A stretch of 64,000 nucleotides of DNA from Aplysia californica (lineage: Eukaryota). The position numbers and the translations under genes were made by a program. The notes under the pieces were generated by a model. That model was not told the origin of the DNA. It searched no databases and saw only the letters and a program-made list of their open reading frames with translations. The stretch is taken from positions 34,304 to 98,303 of the forward strand of contig NW_004797602.1 in NCBI RefSeq assembly GCF_000002075.1, in the 5' to 3' direction. Positions 59,101-64,000 of this stretch are shown here, one piece after another (positions within the stretch are counted from its first letter, which is position 1; the number at the start of each line of letters is the position of its first letter).

Positions 59101-62100
59101 CAAGAAAAACCAAAAAGACAGTTGAGGACCATGCCATGTTGCATAGACAGTTGCTTTCTGAGGTAAGAGCATAGACAGTTGCTTTCCGAGGTAAGAGTTC
59201 GCTGATTTGAATGATGGGTAATTCCATGTGATATATTGTTTTTGCAAGCTGCCGGATATTGTTGATTACAGAAAGTGGGTGGTTGGAGGGCACCACTGGT
59301 AGGTCCTACTCTTTTACTTTCCCTCTTCTGTACCTGCCTGTCTGTCTAATTTTTGCCGGCACTAAACTACCATTATTATGTTGATGTGCTTCTTTTTACT
59401 CAACATTAATTACAGAAAAACTAAAAACTGTTAAAGGTGTTGTTTTAGAAAAACTGAATGCTTAAAAATTGTATGTGGTTGTAGAGAATGACTGGTAGGT
59501 CCCACATCTTCACTGTCCCTATGTTGTTTCTGTCTATCTGTCTTTCTTTTTCCCTGCACTGGATGACCTTCATTGTGTAAATGTGCTTCTTTCTTGAAAA
59601 TCAAAAACAGATGATTTATAAATGGATAGTACTTTTAATCTCTTGACGTTATGACTTTATGACTTTATTTTCATTCCATTACATTCTTTACTTTTAATTT
59701 TCTTTCAGCAGGTGATACATTAATCCATTTCTGTGCCATACATCAAATGTTATTTTCTTGGTTTCCGAGCCATGAAGCAAATGTTCTTTGCTGAGTTTCT
59801 GAGCCATGCTTCAAATGTTCTTTGCTTAAGTTAAGAATTACATCATGTAATGTGTTAGTCCAGTTTCTGTGCCATGCATCAAAGTTTTGTTGGTTTGATT
59901 TGAGTGATTGAAATTGTCTAAAACAGCCACCCATTGTCAAAGAGAAATGTAATTGTCTAAGACAAGTGAACGTCTTACACAGTGTCATTATGACGTTTAA
60001 AACGGGGGAGGGGGGTGAAATTGAACATTTGTTCGGGTGATTGTCTTATATTCACCAGGCTGTTAGAGCAGACTGGACTGTAATTTGTTTGTTTTTATTT
60101 GGGGGTTGTTGTTTTTTCGTACAGAATGAGAGCATGCGTCAGAGCATGGCGTCAGTTCAGGTAGACCGTGATGTAGCCCAGGCCGAGAACAGAGACCTAC
60201 AAGAGGATTTGCAACACTTGAATGACATCATACAAAGAAGCAATAACAGTCTGATTGAGGTCAGAATCTTTTGCTCTTTTCTTTTGGGTGTTTGTGAAAT
60301 CAGCTGTAAAGCATTTTGCTTATAAAAACTTTTTTACTCGTGGCATTTTATCACTTTTTTATAATATTCATTTTCATTTTGCTACAAAGGATTCTTTAAG
60401 TGTAATGATACTTGTACCTTTTTGTGTCCAACTGACTTTATTTTTTAAGGTGATTGGACACTGAAAATATGATCATTGTGTTGGAAATATTGTCATGTTT
60501 TTCTGCGTCACCATGGTGTCCATATTGTGCAAAGTCCATTGTATAAGTGCAGATGCTTTTTGGGGGGGGCTGTATAGTCTGGGTTAATTACATCAATTTT
60601 TCTCACTTTTCAGTTGGAGAAACTGTATGCAGCAACATCTCAGGATCTGATGGACTCTCAAACTCATGCGGATCGACTCAATGAAGAACTAGTCGAGGCA
60701 TCTGAAGGTGAATCTAAGTTGAATAATTTCTTTGCAGTAAGCAATTGTTGGAAAAATTTCTTGTGGGTGTAGCAGGGTGACTGCCAGGCCCCAGGAATTT
60801 GAAAAAAATCCCCGAGGCCCGGGAATGCCCCGGGAATTTGAGTAAATCTGTAAATTGCCCTGGGAAAATACATATAAGTTCTCTAATGTTTGAAAACCAA
60901 AATCCGATAATGTCTTTTCAATTTTGCCGGTCACGATTGTGATATTACCTCAGCTTTTCCGGGTCTGAGAGTACGTTTCAGGCAAACAAGCGGCTATGGC
61001 GGCCAGTGGAAATGTATGTGACAGCAAGGCTCGATTGGGAAAATCAAGATCTACTTTCGCTACTACGTTGCCTCCCAGAAATTTATCGGTAATAGTCTAA
61101 TAATGCAACATTTGTAACATGGAGGTTGTGCATTACAAACGTGGTGTCGCCATGAAAACAAGTCAATATTCGTCACTGTACTGTCACTTGTGGGGGAAAA
61201 AAGAAAGTTATATAAGCGTGTCGGGCTCGCCGTTGTGACCGGTCAGTGAACCTGCATGCGTTCTGAGCGCTGCGAAGTACAGGACTCTGGAATGGAGGGA
61301 GATTATTGATTTTTTTTAGAAAAGATAGACTCGGGGAGGGCTGATCGCTACACCAGAGGGCGAAAACTGAACTTGGAAGCAAATTTTTTTTATTTAGGAT
61401 TTTGATTACTACTACAGCTCTTTGCAAAGTAAAGTGCGCGTTAGTGCAGGCCTTACTTGTGTGGAATCAGGATCCGTCATAACTTGCGAGCGTGTTATTG
61501 AACTAAAGTGTTCGCTTTTCATTGGATGGGTGATAGTAAATTTTATCTCTATATTTTAGCTTTCCGTTAAAGATTCGCAGATTTTCAATGTCACTGCATC
61601 TTGCCCTCCCACAGTTCTTACACCTCTCACACTGAATAGGTCTACTTATATAAAATCCATTGATAAATAAAAAAGCTCAACAGCAGGCTCTATGCGCTTT
61701 ACACCGCAGACCATAGAGCACTCCGAAATATTCTCAGCTTCTCGGGAAGCATACAGTGCAAGCAGCTGATTAAGCGCTCAAGCACTAATAAACTGACAAG
61801 ATCTTTCGCTGTCTATAGCCGGGTACCCATTCCCACCTGGGTGAAGTGAGGAAAATTCGTGTAAAGTGCTTTTCCCAAGGACACAACGTCGGGCCCCTGA
61901 CGGGATTCGAACCCACGACCTTACGGTTGCGAGTCCGAGAGCCTAACCACTAGGCCACCGACGCCACTTTCTGGACGTCCCTCGTACTTGATGGGGTACA
62001 CGTACTAATTGAAGATAAAGGAATAAGAAAAAAGATAATAAATGAACAACCTTGGCGTGACTTTTTCTTTGGGGGGGGGGGGGGGGGGGTTGCTTTGAGT

Positions 62101-63658
62101 GTATATAATATATACAATCGAAGTCAAACGCTGTTTCTGTGTGAAAAGGCGCGCCTTTTACATGGATGATTAGGATTATCTGTAAGCTATTTTCAAGACT
62201 ACGAGAGTTTCAGTATCACTGCAACCTGTGCTCCCCCATTCTATCCAACTCAGACTCGAGTATGCTCTTTTTCAGTTTTTCCTCTACTTTGAGGCCCAAA
62301 TGTGGACTTATTCCTGCAAAAGTTCTGCCTTGTATGCCTGCCTCATAAAAGGGAACCAGGAACTCCCCCTCCCCAGTGCCCCTTAATACTGATTTGCCAT
62401 TGATCCAATTTTTTCTCACCAGGTCCTGATTTTTTAACTCTGAAATCCTGATTTGTTTAGATTTCATAGAGTGGTATGTCTGTTATAGGCGTCAATAATT
62501 TTAAGTTATTTGATCTTTACAATTACTGCAATCATTAACTCCCAAATTTCTGCACCTCAGCTTTGGACGGGCTTCTGACTACAAAAGAAGTGCTGACACA
62601 GCAGCTGTCAGAACAGCAGGACAGCGAGACATTGGCTTGCCAGGCTCTGCAGGAGTCCCAGGAGCAGCTGGCAGAGATGGAGCAACTCCTGGACGAGAAG
62701 GCAGCTCTGTAAGATTTGTGTCTTGTCTTGTTTTCAAAATTACAATCTTGCACGACCATAGCACACTGATTTTTTCAGGTCTCCAATATTAATTTTCTTA
62801 TGTGCGTATTCTTAACATATACATATCAAAATTCATTCAGAATTTTAAAAATTTGGCATCCCATCGATTTCGCTATGTGTGTGCTAGACCATAAAATTTT
62901 GGTCTCCGGGTTTCCCAATAAATTGCTCAACTGCAAAACTTACAGGATCCTCAGCTAAACATGTTAACATCGCGCGCACGCACACACACACACACACACA
63001 TATATACACAAGAGGGACATAAACTGTCATACAAGAGATTTTTAAAAAGCATTGTAAAACATTTTCATTGAAACATTTCCCATTTTCTAAACTTAAAAAT
63101 TTCCAGGAAAAAAAAAAGAACATTGAGAACAGACTGTACCAAGTGCACATATTTTTCGCTACGCTACTGGAAGGTTCTTCTTTTCTTTCTTTCTGCCGTC
63201 TATGTCTGTCTGTCTTACTTTTTTCCTGTGCTAAATGTCTTATTGTGTTGGTTTGTTCTCTTTACTCAAAATTGAAATAACTTATCATATCATTGCTCTT
63301 CTTTTGAATTGAAACAAACAAAACTTTATTTGCCCTGTATAGTGACGGCTATCTTAGTTGTCTCTTGTACAGGCTTGCCAACTGTACCGGATTCAACAGA
63401 TAGGAAATTTCCCTGTCACCATAACATTACCACACACCTAAACCAATCCCACTTTTTGTTCATTATAATGTAATGTAATCTGATCTTATAACATTGAGTG
63501 TCCCTGATTGGTGTTTGAAACAGTTTGCGTGATTGTTCATATATCTTAGCAATGGTAGATAAAATGAAAGCAATGGGGGTTTTTTTTTCCCACAGATTGT
63601 CTGCCAGTCAGTCTGAAAAGGAGAAACTGAAAGCAGACCACCTGAGTATGATTTCAAA
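50171..63658 (+). CDS. Large protein with disordered N-terminal half and coiled-coil C-terminal half, Astrin/SPAG5-like; 3' end lies beyond the window
   Basis: Exons 50171-50239, 50813-50931, 51715-51787, 52423-52902, 53650-55469, 57094-57319, 57953-58162, 58667-58810, 60125-60259, 60614-60707, 62561-62708 and 63596-63658 join in frame (~1190 aa, no stop). KEN, RTPLQDVRN, SSTP and TP-K motifs are followed by heptad-rich segments. QNRIYQLEQEL and VQVDRDVAQAE resemble recalled human Astrin segments SQRISQLEQDL and LQERDVAIEE. The gene structure is well supported; the family assignment is moderate. Confidence 0.75.
52423..52902 (+). CDS. Astrin-like gene internal exon (acidic, low complexity)
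   Basis: Acceptor tttccag; SCFASFDTH...ASELQQ, 160 codons, phase 0 to 0; donor gtttgt; contains ORF 52492-52953. Confidence 0.8.
53650..55469 (+). CDS. Astrin-like gene giant exon (1820 nt, S/T/P-rich, contains the 14-aa repeats)
   Basis: Acceptor cccccag, open frame continuous with ORF 53803-55473; donor CG|gtaata in phase 2 fits the exon starting at 57094. Confidence 0.85.
55018..55317 (+). repeat. Coding minisatellite, 7 x 42 nt (14 aa; consensus TDPTxQEMVNRSMV)
   Basis: Visible directly in the DNA and in the translation. Confidence 0.95.
61665..61965 (-). mobile_element. tRNA-derived CORE-like SINE
   Basis: Minus strand reads ggtggcctagtggttagg (A box) ... gggttcgaatccc (B box), then gttgtgtccttggg..aagcacttt, cacccaggtg..aatgggtacc and a tail ending aagcgcatagag. 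Confidence 0.8.
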
Positions 63659-64000
63659 GTACGTAACTGTCTTTACCTGGTTTATTGAAATGCATTTCAC
63701 TTTGAAAAGATTAATTTATATTCTTTGTATAAGAAAATAATGTTTGCCAATCTTACCCATTTAACATTACCAGTGGGGAAGTTGTTATATGGAGTATTTC
63801 CATCTTGTCTGCTGTACCTCACTCAGTACAGGGTTTGCTCTGACAAGCAGAGTCGAAGTAATGCATATTCCTGAATGATGTTTCAATATACAGTTACAAT
63901 CCTGACTGGCTATATCAAGGTAACCTTCACTCTAAAATGACATAAATTGTGTCGATAGGAGAGTAAAACATATCTACTGTTACAAATCTGGACAGACCTT

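Noticed and set aside
61898-61965. tRNA-like sequence on the minus strand
   Set aside because: It lacks a proper acceptor stem and runs straight into a CORE-like SINE body and tail, so it is a SINE head. The same applies to 38070-38145 and ~18685.

Overview
AT-rich animal genomic DNA with five N-gaps, spliceosomal GT-AG introns and many transposon remnants. It is probably an invertebrate, possibly a mollusc or other lophotrochozoan; this is inferred from the repeat style only. Three multi-exon genes can be built by hand with consistent splice phases. (1) CENPM on + (3052-13759, about 198 aa), whose last coding exon is tandemly duplicated. (2) TMEM17 on - (43083-26491, 5 exons, 214 aa). (3) A large mitotic-type coiled-coil protein on + (CDS from 50171, at least 1190 aa, running off the window). 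It resembles Astrin/SPAG5, carries a KEN box, a D-box, SSTP motifs and a 7x14-aa repeat resembling LC8/DYNLL-binding motifs, and appears to share a ~240-bp bidirectional promoter with TMEM17. Introns and the intergenic space hold non-autonomous DNA transposons with clear TIRs and TSDs (hAT-, piggyBac-, Kolobok-, Sola-, Harbinger- and Tc1/pogo-like), dead pogo and piggyBac transposases, an L2-type LINE fragment, tRNA-derived SINEs and several nested insertions. Palindromic (TCTAGA)n arrays cluster near predicted gene starts. I see no prokaryote-type system such as CRISPR or an operon. Gene identities rest on recalled protein similarity, not on database searches.
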